Counted from the stretch's first letter, positions 16,107 to 25,295 are shown. The stretch is DNA of 43,655 nt from Parcubacteria group bacterium GW2011_GWB1_45_10 (GCA_001001185.1 LCKC01000001.1:1-43655); one strand, 5' to 3'. Notes: generated by a model from the letters alone, not told the origin. Translations and numbers: made by a program.

Positions 16107-16135
16107 ATTATACCGAGCCAAAACAAAAAGTCTAA
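16107..16135 (-). promoter_or_regulatory. ppsA promoter (TTAGAC-17-TATAAT), upstream of the miniature element
   Basis: On the plus strand, attata is at 16107-16112 and gtctaa at 16130-16135. Confidence 0.5.
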
Positions 16136-16159
16136 CCTCCGGAAAACGATTTTGCCGAT

Positions 16160-17461
16160 TCAGTCGCGGTAATAAACAATCAAATCCGAAACATTCGTAC
16201 CCGTGAACCCGGTCTCAAGATAATCGCCGGTTTTTTTGAAAAACGTGAAGGAATCGTTGTTTTTAAGGTATTTTTTCGCGCTCAAACCAAGGGTTTTTGC
16301 CTTTTGCCTGGATTGCTTGTCGGCAATGGCGCCGGCAAACTCCGTGTTGTCTATGCCGTCACTCGCAAAACAAACGAAAACTTCATTGTCTTTGACATTT
16401 TCCAAAGCTGCCAAGGCCGCATGCTGGTTCCGGCCGCCTTTGCCCCTGCCTTTTACCTGAATCTTCATCTCGCCGCCTGCCAGGAATAAATTGTGTTTTT
16501 TGTCTTTGGCGGACAAAAGCCTGATTTTAAAATAAGCTTGGTCAACGTTTTCCAGAAAATTCAGCGTCAAGATTTTCGGCTTGAGCTGCAGCTGCTTGGC
16601 TTTTTTATCCATTGCCAAAAGCGCGGTTTCATTGGTCAACAAAAGCTCTTGTTTGATGTTTTTGAAAAAAGATTTGTTTTTGACGGTGTCGGAAAAATAC
16701 TCAATCTTGTTTTTGTATTTTTTCCAAAGCTTGTATTTTTCCAGGACTTTTCGCGCGTCTTTGTTTTTTTTGTCGTCAAAAAACAGCGGCCCGGAAGCGA
16801 TGGTCATTAAATTTTTGTTGCCGGTTTCCGAAATGACGTCGGAAAAATACAGGGCCACTGTCGGCAACGGATAAATCAAAGCCGCCAGCTTGCCGCCCTG
16901 GACAAAAGACAGATGCTTTCTGACGCAGTTGAACTCCTGGATGGTCGCGCCACTTTTCAAAAGATCCAGGCTCAACGCCGAAAAGTCTTTCGGCTTAATA
17001 CCGTCGGGCAAGAAAAATAAGCTTGAGCCGCCGCCCGAAACAATGAAAATCAAAAGGTCTTTTTGCGGGTTCAAAGACTTAACCAGCTTCAAAAGCTTTC
17101 GGCTGGCTTCAAAATTTTTCGTTGACGGCAAAGGATGGCTGCCTTTAAAGCTCTTGATTCTTTTTAATTTTTCGCTTTTGACGTCAATCACCAGACCGCC
17201 CCGAATTTTTGAACCCAAAAGCTTTTCCAGGTATTTTGCCGCGGCCAAAGAGCATTTACCGATGCCGCAGACAAAAATTCTCTCGTAATCATTCAAATTG
17301 GCGGATTTTTTCCCAAAAAAAATCCGGCTGCCTTTTCTTTTGATTTTGGCTTTCAAAACATTATCAAGGTTAATTCCGGCAAAGCCAGCTTCAACAACTT
17401 CAAGGATTTTTTTTCTGGCGCTGGTTTTTGCCAGCCTGGTTTTATTTTTAATCAAAGACAT
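16160..17461 (-). CDS. Glycerate 2-kinase (DUF4147/MOFRL family)
   Basis: LLIFIVSGGGSSLF and the C-terminal GGEMKIQVKGRGKGGRNQHAALAAL are typical of MOFRL glycerate kinases. I use the ATG at 17459-17461 (MSLIKNK), 4 nt after the upstream stop. Confidence 0.8.
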   Translation of the reverse strand: MSLIKNKTRLAKTSARKKILEVVEAGFAGINLDNVLKAKIKRKGSRIFFGKKSANLNDYERIFVCGIGKCSLAAAKYLEKLLGSKIRGGLVIDVKSEKLKRIKSFKGSHPLPSTKNFEASRKLLKLVKSLNPQKDLLIFIVSGGGSSLFFLPDGIKPKDFSALSLDLLKSGATIQEFNCVRKHLSFVQGGKLAALIYPLPTVALYFSDVISETGNKNLMTIASGPLFFDDKKNKDARKVLEKYKLWKKYKNKIEYFSDTVKNKSFFKNIKQELLLTNETALLAMDKKAKQLQLKPKILTLNFLENVDQAYFKIRLLSAKDKKHNLFLAGGEMKIQVKGRGKGGRNQHAALAALENVKDNEVFVCFASDGIDNTEFAGAIADKQSRQKAKTLGLSAKKYLKNNDSFTFFKKTGDYLETGFTGTNVSDLIVYYRD

Positions 17462-17465
17462 GATT

Positions 17466-18341
17466 TTAAAACTCAAAAACTTTTCTGGCTGGCTCGCCGT
17501 CCAAAACAACCTGTTTTAATAAGCCGAGATAACGCGGCAAAGCCGGAGTTTTTTGGGAAACCAAGCTGATTAACCCGGGCAAAGACGCCAACCCCTCGCT
17601 TTGCAGCTCACCGGCATTGCCTTTAGCGAGTTTTTCACCCAACTCATGATTTTTGGAATATTTGCTGAACGAAGTGGCGATAAAATCGCCTATTCCCGCC
17701 TGGTCCCGGAGAATCGGTTTATCCAAGCTCAAAACCTCGGCAAGATAATCCCATTCTTCTGAAATTTTTGAAACCAAATAGCCTTTGAGATTATCGCCAT
17801 AACCCAGACCGGAAACAATCCCGATAATCAAAGCATAAACATTTTTCAAAACTCCGGCAAAAGCCACGCTCCCCACACCCTCTGATGTTTCTGTGTGAAT
17901 GTTTGTTTCTTTAAATAAATCCTGAACCTTATTGGCTAAAACCGCGTCTGGCGCCGCTAAAACCGCAAACCCCGGCATACCTTGCGAAATTTCTTCTGCC
18001 AGCATCGGCCCGGACATTAAAACAAAGTTATCTGGCGCAATTTCTTTAATGACCGCGTCCATTGTTTTGCCGGTATTTTCCATACCTTTGGCCAGGCTGA
18101 CCAGAATTGTTTCCGGTTTCAAAAAGCTTTTGACTGGTTCCAAAGCATTCCGCAGCACCCAGGACGGCACGCACAAAAAAACAAACTCGCTGGCTTTAAT
18201 CATTTGTTCAAGAGCCATGTTTTGAGTCGCTCTCTCCGGATTTTTATCCCAAAAATAAACCTCAAAACCTTTGTTTTGAAGAATCTTGCCCAACGCGCTG
18301 CCGATCTCGCCGTGGCCTAAAATTGTGATTTTTTTATCCAT
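17466..18341 (-). CDS. gpsA: NAD(P)H-dependent glycerol-3-phosphate dehydrogenase-like
   Basis: It has a Rossmann motif (ITILGHGEIGSALG) and a GVLKNVYALIIGI motif. I use the ATG at 18339-18341 (MDKKITILG). Confidence 0.7.
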   Translation of the reverse strand: MDKKITILGHGEIGSALGKILQNKGFEVYFWDKNPERATQNMALEQMIKASEFVFLCVPSWVLRNALEPVKSFLKPETILVSLAKGMENTGKTMDAVIKEIAPDNFVLMSGPMLAEEISQGMPGFAVLAAPDAVLANKVQDLFKETNIHTETSEGVGSVAFAGVLKNVYALIIGIVSGLGYGDNLKGYLVSKISEEWDYLAEVLSLDKPILRDQAGIGDFIATSFSKYSKNHELGEKLAKGNAGELQSEGLASLPGLISLVSQKTPALPRYLGLLKQVVLDGEPARKVFEF

Positions 18342-18360
18342 ATATTTATTTACAGTTCTT

Positions 18361-19197
18361 TTATCCAACGAGCTTTCTCGCCTGCTCCTGAAAAGCCGCG
18401 GCTTCAATCTCTTTCAGACCGGCTTTTTTCGCTAAGTCAATGGCGGAAAAACGCAGACAGTCTTTCAAAAGATGAATACCCGACTCGTAAATCCTGACGT
18501 AGTTCAGACGCCCCGCCCAGTCCGGAAAAATATTTATCGGGTAAAGTTTTTTTTGCTCAATCATCCGCTCCAAGCTCATTTCTTTCGGGTGGCCCCAGCC
18601 GGTAATCAGCATGCCGACACAGCCGCCGTAATCAATCGCGTCAGTCGTGCAACGAGTATTCGTCACCAGCCAAACGCCGTGTACCCAAGGCTGGTCGTGC
18701 TTCGGGTCAGATTCCCATTTTTTCTTGATGTCCAAAAATCTCGCCCAGACATAAAGCGCGACTTTTAAATCAGACCTGGCTCCGGGCGTGTTGTGATACT
18801 TGCACTCAACAATGAAATGCGATTTGTCTTTCCAGGCCATGACGTCAATCTCATGCCTGACGCAATCACCCTGGATAATCTGGTTGGTTTTGGTTTTATA
18901 ACCATACTCGTCAAGAACCCGGGCAATGTATTTTTCAAAAGGATAACCCGTCGGTCCCAGATGCATAATCGCCCGCCGGAGATTGTAGCGGCCCAAAAAC
19001 TCCGGACCGTAAGACCGCAACCGACCCAAAACAAACCTGAAAATTTCGTCCGAAGAAACTGTTTTCCTGAACTTTAAAGACGCTTCGTCGGCCAGACCTT
19101 TGGCAATCTTCCTGTCCAAACCGACATTCGCCAAAGAGTTCTCAATGTGCTTTTTATTGAAATATTCTTTCTTGCCGCCGGCTTTAATGATGAACAT
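18361..19197 (-). CDS. ATP-cone domain fused to Mrr-like PD-(D/E)xK endonuclease domain
   Basis: The N-terminus (IIKAGGKKEYFNKKHIENSL...) is ATP-cone-like. The middle has HEIDVMAW...FIVECKYH, a D...ExK restriction-endonuclease core. Confidence 0.6.
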   Translation of the reverse strand: MFIIKAGGKKEYFNKKHIENSLANVGLDRKIAKGLADEASLKFRKTVSSDEIFRFVLGRLRSYGPEFLGRYNLRRAIMHLGPTGYPFEKYIARVLDEYGYKTKTNQIIQGDCVRHEIDVMAWKDKSHFIVECKYHNTPGARSDLKVALYVWARFLDIKKKWESDPKHDQPWVHGVWLVTNTRCTTDAIDYGGCVGMLITGWGHPKEMSLERMIEQKKLYPINIFPDWAGRLNYVRIYESGIHLLKDCLRFSAIDLAKKAGLKEIEAAAFQEQARKLVG

Positions 19198-19639
19198 CTT
19201 GATTTTTATCCTTGATTAAAAATTTCACCGCCAAATATCCCGCGGCCATTAAAAAAACCGCGGTCTCTGAAATCAAACAATAAATGCAGAAGGCTTTCAA
19301 AACAAAAGCTTGCAGATAAAGCAAAATCAGAGAAACCGCCAGGCCCGACCAGAGCCAGACCCCAATCAGCCGAAAAATCATCTCTTTTTTCAGGAAAAAA
19401 TAAGCCATTGCCAGAAAAAACAACGAAATATAAAACGCCAAACCCCACCAGGACAAAGGCAGGCCGAGAAACCGGCTGTAAACACTGGTCAAAACCGCGT
19501 CGCAGTTAAATCCGGAAACATCGCAGGCAACGCCGGTTTTACCGGAGCTGAAAACCGCCAGGTAAGCCGAATCAAGAAAACCGATTAAACTGCCGAAAAT
19601 AACCGTCAAACCGAGAAAGGCTTGTTTTTTTGAGGTCAT
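19184..19639 (-). CDS. Vitamin K epoxide reductase (VKOR) family membrane protein
   Basis: A polytopic protein with a loop cysteine pair CDVSGFNC and a membrane CxxC (CIYC). Confidence 0.75.
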   Translation of the reverse strand: MTSKKQAFLGLTVIFGSLIGFLDSAYLAVFSSGKTGVACDVSGFNCDAVLTSVYSRFLGLPLSWWGLAFYISLFFLAMAYFFLKKEMIFRLIGVWLWSGLAVSLILLYLQAFVLKAFCIYCLISETAVFLMAAGYLAVKFLIKDKNQDVHH

Positions 19640-20283
19640 TATTTAAGTTCAGCTTCAATAATGCTTTTAAAAGATTCGTATCCGGCCGGATTCTGGATTC
19701 TTTTGCCGTTGATAAAAAAACTCGGCGTGCCGTCAACCTGAAACTTCAAACCCGACTGATAATCTTGAAAAACTTTTTCTTTAACCGCTTCAGACTCCAG
19801 GTCCCGCAAGAATTCGGCTTCATCAAGCTTCAGTTCTTTGGCGTAGCCAAGAAAAATCTCTTTGGCGCTGTTCGCGTTTGACCAAATTTCCTGGTTTTCA
19901 AAAAGCTTTTCTGACATCTGCCAAAACTGGTTTTGCCGGCCGGCGGCTTCACCCGCAAAAGCCGCCAGATTGGCGTTTTTATGAATCCGCGTCAAAGGAA
20001 ACTGCCGGTAAACAAATAAGATTTTGTCTGAATAATCCTGGACGATTTTTTCCACCACCGGATAATAAACCGCACAGGCCGGACACTGAAAGTCACTGTA
20101 CTCAACCAGCGTGACTTTCGCACCGGGATTGCCGCGCTTCCAGTCAGAATCATTGAGCTGAATGTCAAAAACGCTGGCGCCGGCACCTTGCCAAACCAAA
20201 GAATACATCAGGAAAAAAATCGCCCCAAGCAAAGCCGTCGCACCGCCAAAAATCAAAATTAGTTTCAAAACCTCTTTTTTCAT
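19639..20283 (-). CDS. DsbA-family thiol:disulfide oxidoreductase
   Basis: It has a signal anchor and a thioredoxin-fold active site (FQCPAC), and is adjacent to VKOR. Confidence 0.8.
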   Translation of the reverse strand: MKKEVLKLILIFGGATALLGAIFFLMYSLVWQGAGASVFDIQLNDSDWKRGNPGAKVTLVEYSDFQCPACAVYYPVVEKIVQDYSDKILFVYRQFPLTRIHKNANLAAFAGEAAGRQNQFWQMSEKLFENQEIWSNANSAKEIFLGYAKELKLDEAEFLRDLESEAVKEKVFQDYQSGLKFQVDGTPSFFINGKRIQNPAGYESFKSIIEAELK

Positions 20284-20647
20284 TAAGGATTATTTTAGCA
20301 CAAAACCCCGCTCCTGAAATGGAGCGGGGCGGGCGTTAGCCCTTTAGGAACAGACGAGCATTTCCAGTTTTGGCCTTCTGGAAGGCCTGATCAACGTCAG
20401 ATCTGAAAAACGCCCCGGACAACCTGCGAAGACGACCAACCTTGACCGAAAAACAAAACTTTCATAGGCTTTTCCTCTTTCTTTTTTTGTTCAAACCGGC
20501 TGAAAAACAGTTTTATCCTTCCAAGGCCGCCTCCTTTCTTGTTGTTAATTTATTATATCAACAAAAAACAAGACTCGATAAGAAAGTTATCCACAAGAAA
20601 ATAAAGATAAGCCAAAAACCGGTTTAAATGTTAAAATAGGTTTAAAT

Positions 20648-22054
20648 ATGTCGCCAAAACGAAGATTTGTCTTGTTTATCATCCTGACGGGCTTGTTCTT
20701 CATTGTCACGCCGGGAATCATTCTTTTTTCCCAGGGCTATTTGTTTGATTGGCAAAAGTTCAGGCTGGTGCAAGCTGGCGGCATTTTCGTCAAAACATTG
20801 CCCGAAGAAGTCAGTCTGGCCGTTAAACCGGAAAGCGGCACCAAAGAAAAAAAACTGGCTTCAAAAAAATCCCTTCTCGGCCCGGCGGGAACTTTGATTA
20901 AAAGCCTTTTGCCGCAAAAATACCTGGTAACCGTAACGCCGCTCGACAATCAAAATATCAGCTGGCAAAAAGAACTCGAGGTCAGCCCCTTAACCGTGAC
21001 CAAAGCTTCAAGAATCATTTTCCCCAAAACCAATCCGGAAATCAGCGCCATAGCCATGACCAGCTCAAGCATCAATTTGGTTAGCCTGCCGGAAAAAAAC
21101 AAAAAAACGGTTCTTTACGCGACTGAAGACAACAAGATTTTTTCGTTTGAAAACTCCACTTCAAGTTTAATCTTTGATTTGAAATCTTTAACCGGCTTTC
21201 CGAAAGCGGAAAAAATAACTGAACTTTCGCTTTCAAGCTCCGGCAAAAACTTTATCGCCTTCTCAAAAACCAGCGGCGTCATTCACGTTAAAGACAAAGG
21301 CACGTTTTTGATCGCAAGTTTTTTCAGGATTTTTCTAAAAAACGAAAAAACCAGCCTCAGCCAAACAAGGCTGGTTTGGCATCCGGAAAACGACAATGTT
21401 TTGTTCGCGTTAAACCAAAAAGGCGGGTATTTTTTTGACCTGAACACCCAGGAATATTCAAAATTCACGGAAAAAAATATTCTTGGTTTAACCAACAATT
21501 ATTTCCTGGATTCAAGCGGCGAAATCAACAACTTTGATTACACCGACAAAACCGCGGAGAAAAAAATCTTTGAGACCGGCCTGAAATCCGGCCGCTACCA
21601 GATAAGCCTGATTAAAGACACTGATTTCCTCCTCAAAAACGAAAGCGGAGAGCTTTTTCTGATTTTCAAAAACGAGCTCAAAAAAATCAGCGGCAATGTT
21701 TCATTTTTCCTTTTGAGCTTTGACGGTTCAAGGTTTGTTTACGGCACTGAATCAGGCGAGATTTTTGTTTACTTTTTAAAAGACGTTTTTGACGACCTGG
21801 CTTACAAAGAAAACGAAATTCTTGAGCTCGGCCGGGTTGAAAACTTGAAAACCGGCTACTTGGCCAACCACAACTGGCATTTAATCGCGGTTTCAAACAG
21901 CGCCCTGGCTGTTTTTGAGATAGACAAAAGGCTGCCGATAAACCAGTATGAAATCCAGCTTGGGCCAATAAGTAAGATAATTGAGTTTGCTGAACCGGAA
22001 ATCCGCTGGCTTGACCAGAACCAGAACCTCAAATCCGCAAAGATTTTCCCTTAA
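20648..22054 (+). CDS. Hypothetical N-terminally anchored protein (468 aa)
   Basis: One N-terminal TM (FVLFIILTGLFFIVTPGIILF) followed by a beta-rich repetitive extracytoplasmic region. I recognise no family. A bidirectional terminator follows. Confidence 0.5.
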   Translation: MSPKRRFVLFIILTGLFFIVTPGIILFSQGYLFDWQKFRLVQAGGIFVKTLPEEVSLAVKPESGTKEKKLASKKSLLGPAGTLIKSLLPQKYLVTVTPLDNQNISWQKELEVSPLTVTKASRIIFPKTNPEISAIAMTSSSINLVSLPEKNKKTVLYATEDNKIFSFENSTSSLIFDLKSLTGFPKAEKITELSLSSSGKNFIAFSKTSGVIHVKDKGTFLIASFFRIFLKNEKTSLSQTRLVWHPENDNVLFALNQKGGYFFDLNTQEYSKFTEKNILGLTNNYFLDSSGEINNFDYTDKTAEKKIFETGLKSGRYQISLIKDTDFLLKNESGELFLIFKNELKKISGNVSFFLLSFDGSRFVYGTESGEIFVYFLKDVFDDLAYKENEILELGRVENLKTGYLANHNWHLIAVSNSALAVFEIDKRLPINQYEIQLGPISKIIEFAEPEIRWLDQNQNLKSAKIFP

Positions 22055-22062
22055 ACCCGCCA

Positions 22063-22100
22063 AAAAGAAAATCGCTTTTAAAAGCGGTTTTCTTTTTTTG
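22063..22100. terminator. Bidirectional intrinsic terminator
   Basis: aaaatcgctttt/aaaagcggtttt stem flanked by an A-run and a T-run, 9 nt after the 20648-22054 stop. Confidence 0.7.
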
Positions 22101-22392
22101 ATAAGCAGTTAGCAAGAAACCCCACCTGCCGGCGGTTCCGCTTCGCGAAACATCGCCGGCTTTTTTGCTGCGCGCAAAAAACCGGAAGAAACGACGCGCA
22201 GGCGTCATTTCTTCCACCTATTTCTGATCCCGATTTGCGGGATAACGCTGGTTTCTTCGCCTTGCGAAGAATCAGAGAAAACGCTAAGCAGCTAGCGTTC
22301 GCCCGCCTAACGCTGGCGCCGAAAAACGGCGCATCAGCGTTTTTCTTGCTTCGCAAGAAACCGGAGAAAACGCTAAGCAGTTAGCGTTTTCT
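22100..22392. repeat. Array of at least nine short GC-rich stem-loops, including a duplicated copy of the rpsI 3' end
   Basis: The hairpins lie at 22128-22160, 22159-22184, 22184-22215, 22227-22243, 22253-22271, 22280-22299, 22309-22341, 22342-22360 and 22365-22392. The unit 22251-22299 repeats at 22339-22388. Confidence 0.7.
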
Positions 22393-22875
22393 CCATTGCG
22401 GGGCGCGGCGGGCTTTTTTCAAGCCGAACTTTTTTCTCTCTTTTTCCCTGGCATCCCGCGTCAGCAAGCCGCTGAGCTTAAATATTTTTTTAAGCTCCTG
22501 ATTCTCTTTGATAATCGCCCGGGCAATCGCCAGTCTTGAAGCTTCTGCCTGACCCCTGACACCCCCGCCTCTGGACGTAATCTCAACGCCGAATTTTCCC
22601 AAAAGGTCTGCAACTTTCAAAGGCTCTTGAACGATTTTTTGCATCTCCAAAATGGGGAAATAATCATTCAGGGTTTTGCCGTTTATCAAAATCTCTTTTT
22701 TGGAACGATAAAGCTTGGCGACAGCGGTCGCTCTTTTTCTTCTGCCCAAAGCTCTCAGATATCTGTCTTCCGCAAGAACCGCTTTTTTCGGCTCTTTGAC
22801 GGCTTTTTCCGAGTCGGCTTTTTTTATTCTTGGCTTTGTCGTCGCCGGGGTCTTTCTTGTTTTTTTCTCAACCAT
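22381..22875 (-). CDS. rpsI: 30S ribosomal protein S9 (with Lys-rich N-terminal extension)
   Basis: GGGVRGQAEASRLAIARA...LLTRDAREKERKKFGLKKARRAPQWRKR is the canonical S9 C-terminus. Confidence 0.95.
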   Translation of the reverse strand: MVEKKTRKTPATTKPRIKKADSEKAVKEPKKAVLAEDRYLRALGRRKRATAVAKLYRSKKEILINGKTLNDYFPILEMQKIVQEPLKVADLLGKFGVEITSRGGGVRGQAEASRLAIARAIIKENQELKKIFKLSGLLTRDAREKERKKFGLKKARRAPQWRKR

Positions 22876-22883
22876 AGATTTGA

Positions 22884-23240
22884 CTAAACAAACGTAACTC
22901 TCTTTAATAACTTATCGCGCCACTTGTTTTTCGGCAGCATCCCCCGCAAAACTTTCTTGAAAAGGCTTTCCGGATTTTTGACAAAAAGCTCTTTAAGCTT
23001 TTCAATTTTCATGTTGCCGATGTAGCCGGTGTGGCGGTAATAAAGTTTCTGATTGTATTTCCGGCCGGTAAACCTGAGTTTTTTGATGTTTCTTATCTTA
23101 ACTTCCCGGTTCAGAGGCAGGTTCGTGGCATAATGCGGAGAATCTTTGCCGGTCAAAATGCCAACCAAAGCAGTTGCCAGCCTGCCCATGGTCTTGCCGT
23201 CGGCGTCAAACTCGTAAATTTTCTTTGTTTCTTTCTCCAT
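22884..23240 (-). CDS. rplM: 50S ribosomal protein L13 (short, 118 aa)
   Basis: DADGKTMGRLATALVGILTGK...YYRHTGYIGNMK...LRGMLPKN are L13 signatures. It is positioned upstream of rpsI. Confidence 0.9.
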   Translation of the reverse strand: MEKETKKIYEFDADGKTMGRLATALVGILTGKDSPHYATNLPLNREVKIRNIKKLRFTGRKYNQKLYYRHTGYIGNMKIEKLKELFVKNPESLFKKVLRGMLPKNKWRDKLLKRVTFV

Positions 23241-23245
23241 GATAA

Positions 23246-23623
23246 CTATGACTTCTTGGCCGGTTTTAATTCTTCAAAAACAAAGCTGATGGAAGCCATT
23301 GGCGAAGCGTCCCTCATCCGCCTCGGCAACTTGACGATTCTGGTGTAGCCGCCGCGCCTTTCCTTGAATCTCGGCGCCAGGTCTTTGAAAACTTTTTCCG
23401 CGGACGATTTCGGCAATCTTTTCAAAAGTAAACGATAACTCGCCAAATTCTGCTTTTTCCCCAAAGTAATCAACGGAGCGACTTTTTTGTGAATCTCTTT
23501 TGCCCGCGACAAAGTCGTCGTGATTTTCTCTTTCATCACCAAATTATGAGCTAAGCCTTTCAAAAAAGCCCTTTTGTCCCCGAGTTTCTTGCCGAATTTT
23601 CTGCCTCTTTTCTGATGTCTCAT
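23246..23623 (-). CDS. rplQ: 50S ribosomal protein L17
   Basis: MRHQKRGRKFGKKLGDKRAFLKGLAHNLVMKEKITTTLSRAKE... is a canonical L17 N-terminus. It follows rpoA. Confidence 0.95.
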   Translation of the reverse strand: MRHQKRGRKFGKKLGDKRAFLKGLAHNLVMKEKITTTLSRAKEIHKKVAPLITLGKKQNLASYRLLLKRLPKSSAEKVFKDLAPRFKERRGGYTRIVKLPRRMRDASPMASISFVFEELKPAKKS

Positions 23624-23689
23624 TGTTTTTTAACTGATAAACGCTTGTCCGACTGAACTCCGCCTTCGGCGGAGTTGGGCGGGATTACT

Positions 23690-24625
23690 TTATTTCAAAC
23701 TGACTCCGTATTCTTTGGCGATTTTTTTAACCTCTTCAATAGCTTTAGCTCCCAAGCCCTTGAAAGCTTTGAGCTTGTCCGGGCTGATTTTTGACAGGTC
23801 GCCGATGGTTTTTATCCGGTGCTGTTTCAAAACCGCCAAAACTCTGCCTGAAAGCCCGGTCTCCTCAAGAGAAACACTCTCAACTTCCGAGCTGTCTCTT
23901 AACGAAGAAAAAGAGCTTGGACCGTCTTCGCCGGCCTCATCCAGCGCATCAAGCTTCAAACTTGAAAACTGGTCAAGAAGAATGCCAAGCGAATAATCAA
24001 AAGCCTGGAGCGGCTGGATTGTGCCGTCGGTTTTGATGAAAAACCGCAGGCGGTTGTAGTTGGTTTTTTCGCCGACGCGCATGTCTTCCAGTTCAGTGTT
24101 CACCAGAATCACCGGAGAAAAATTGGCGTCAATCTCAATCATGCCGATCGGCAGCTTTTCTTTTTTCCGGCGCTCTTCAACCGTGGAATAACCGATTCCT
24201 TTTTCCACCACGATCTCCAGCTCAAAAACAGCTTTCTTGTCCGTCAGCGTGGCGATCTCCGCTTCCGGATTGACAATCTCAACCTGAGAGTTTTTATTGA
24301 AGTCTTTGGCTTTGACGGTTTTTTCGCCCTTGACTTTAAGCGTCAGGCTTTGCGGTTCGTCGGAAAAAACTTTAAAGCGGAGCTTTTTCAGATTAAGGGA
24401 AATCTCAATCAAATCTTCCTGAACGTGCGGCACAGACGAAAACTCGTGGGCCGCCGAGTTCAAACGGAACGAAGTCACCGCGGCGCCTTCGCAAGAAGAA
24501 AGCATGACGCGCCTCAGGGCCGTGCCCAAAGTCAGGCCGTAGCCGGGATAAAGGCCTTCAATTTCAACGACCGCCTCAAAGGCGTCGCTCGAAACCACTT
24601 TCGGTTTTTGGGGCAATGAAATCAT
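23690..24625 (-). CDS. rpoA: DNA-directed RNA polymerase alpha subunit
   Basis: 311 aa with an N-terminal dimerisation domain (GYGLTLGTALRRVMLSS) and a C-terminal HhH alpha-CTD (LSGRVLAVLKQHRIKTIGDL). Confidence 0.95.
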   Translation of the reverse strand: MISLPQKPKVVSSDAFEAVVEIEGLYPGYGLTLGTALRRVMLSSCEGAAVTSFRLNSAAHEFSSVPHVQEDLIEISLNLKKLRFKVFSDEPQSLTLKVKGEKTVKAKDFNKNSQVEIVNPEAEIATLTDKKAVFELEIVVEKGIGYSTVEERRKKEKLPIGMIEIDANFSPVILVNTELEDMRVGEKTNYNRLRFFIKTDGTIQPLQAFDYSLGILLDQFSSLKLDALDEAGEDGPSSFSSLRDSSEVESVSLEETGLSGRVLAVLKQHRIKTIGDLSKISPDKLKAFKGLGAKAIEEVKKIAKEYGVSLK

Positions 24626-24658
24626 AGTTTAAATTAAATAATTATTTTTTATTACTTA

Positions 24659-25288
24659 TTATCTTGAGAAATATTCAATCACCAAAGGAAGATTGAAGTT
24701 TGTTTTCGCTTCGTCAAGACTCGGAAACGCTACGACTTTAAAACTCAGTTTGCCGGCGTCGACTTGAAGCCAGGTCGGCGTTTCGCGTTTCTTGAACCTT
24801 TCCGCCATGCCTTCAAAAAGATTTTTGGATTTTGAAGACTCAACCACGGAAACTTCGTCGCCGATTTTCAAACTGATTGAAGGGATATTGACTTTCCGGC
24901 CTTTCAAAGCCAGATGGCCGTGAGAAATCATCTGCCTGGCAATGCTTCTTGAAACCGCGATGCCTGACTGATAAAGCGCGTTGTCAATTCTCATCTCCAG
25001 AAGCCTGAACAAAACTTCAGGCGCGGAAAGTTTCTGCGACTTTCTCGCCGCCTCGGCGTATCTTTTAATTTGTTTGTTTTCCAATCCGTAAAACAGCTTG
25101 ATTTTCTGTTTTTCTTTCAGCTGGGTGCCGAATTCGGAAATATTCCGCCTCCGCTTTCCGTGCATGCCGGGCGGATAAGGCCGTCTGATCATCGCGGATT
25201 TCGGAGACGCTGACCTTTCAGCTTTGAGAAAAAGATTCTCGCCCAAAGCTCTGCTCTTTTTTTCTTTTGGTCCGGTAACAAATGGCAT
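24659..25288 (-). CDS. rpsD: 30S ribosomal protein S4
   Basis: EFGTQLKEKQKIKLFYGLENKQ..., the S4 domain RLDNALYQSG...ARQMISHGHLALKGRKVNIPS. Confidence 0.95.
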   Translation of the reverse strand: MPFVTGPKEKKSRALGENLFLKAERSASPKSAMIRRPYPPGMHGKRRRNISEFGTQLKEKQKIKLFYGLENKQIKRYAEAARKSQKLSAPEVLFRLLEMRIDNALYQSGIAVSRSIARQMISHGHLALKGRKVNIPSISLKIGDEVSVVESSKSKNLFEGMAERFKKRETPTWLQVDAGKLSFKVVAFPSLDEAKTNFNLPLVIEYFSR

Positions 25289-25295
25289 ATTAAAT

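Noticed and set aside
20442-20627. Tracked plus-strand 61-aa ORF in the dsbA upstream spacer
   Set aside because: It has a non-ATG start, no SD, an AT-rich low-complexity translation, and it overlaps promoter-like sequences for both divergent units.
22029-22356. Tracked minus-strand ORFs of 92 aa and 62 aa in the spacer after rpsI
   Set aside because: They lie entirely within the stem-loop array. The translations are low-complexity Arg/Ala/Lys strings typical of palindromic DNA, there is no SD or promoter, and a bidirectional terminator sits inside or next to them.
23656-23676. Stem-loop aactccgcc ttc ggcggagtt between rpoA and rplQ as a terminator
   Set aside because: It has no U-tract on the coding strand and lies inside a conserved ribosomal operon. 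It is more likely an mRNA stability or processing hairpin, and it is not distinctive enough to list as a finding.
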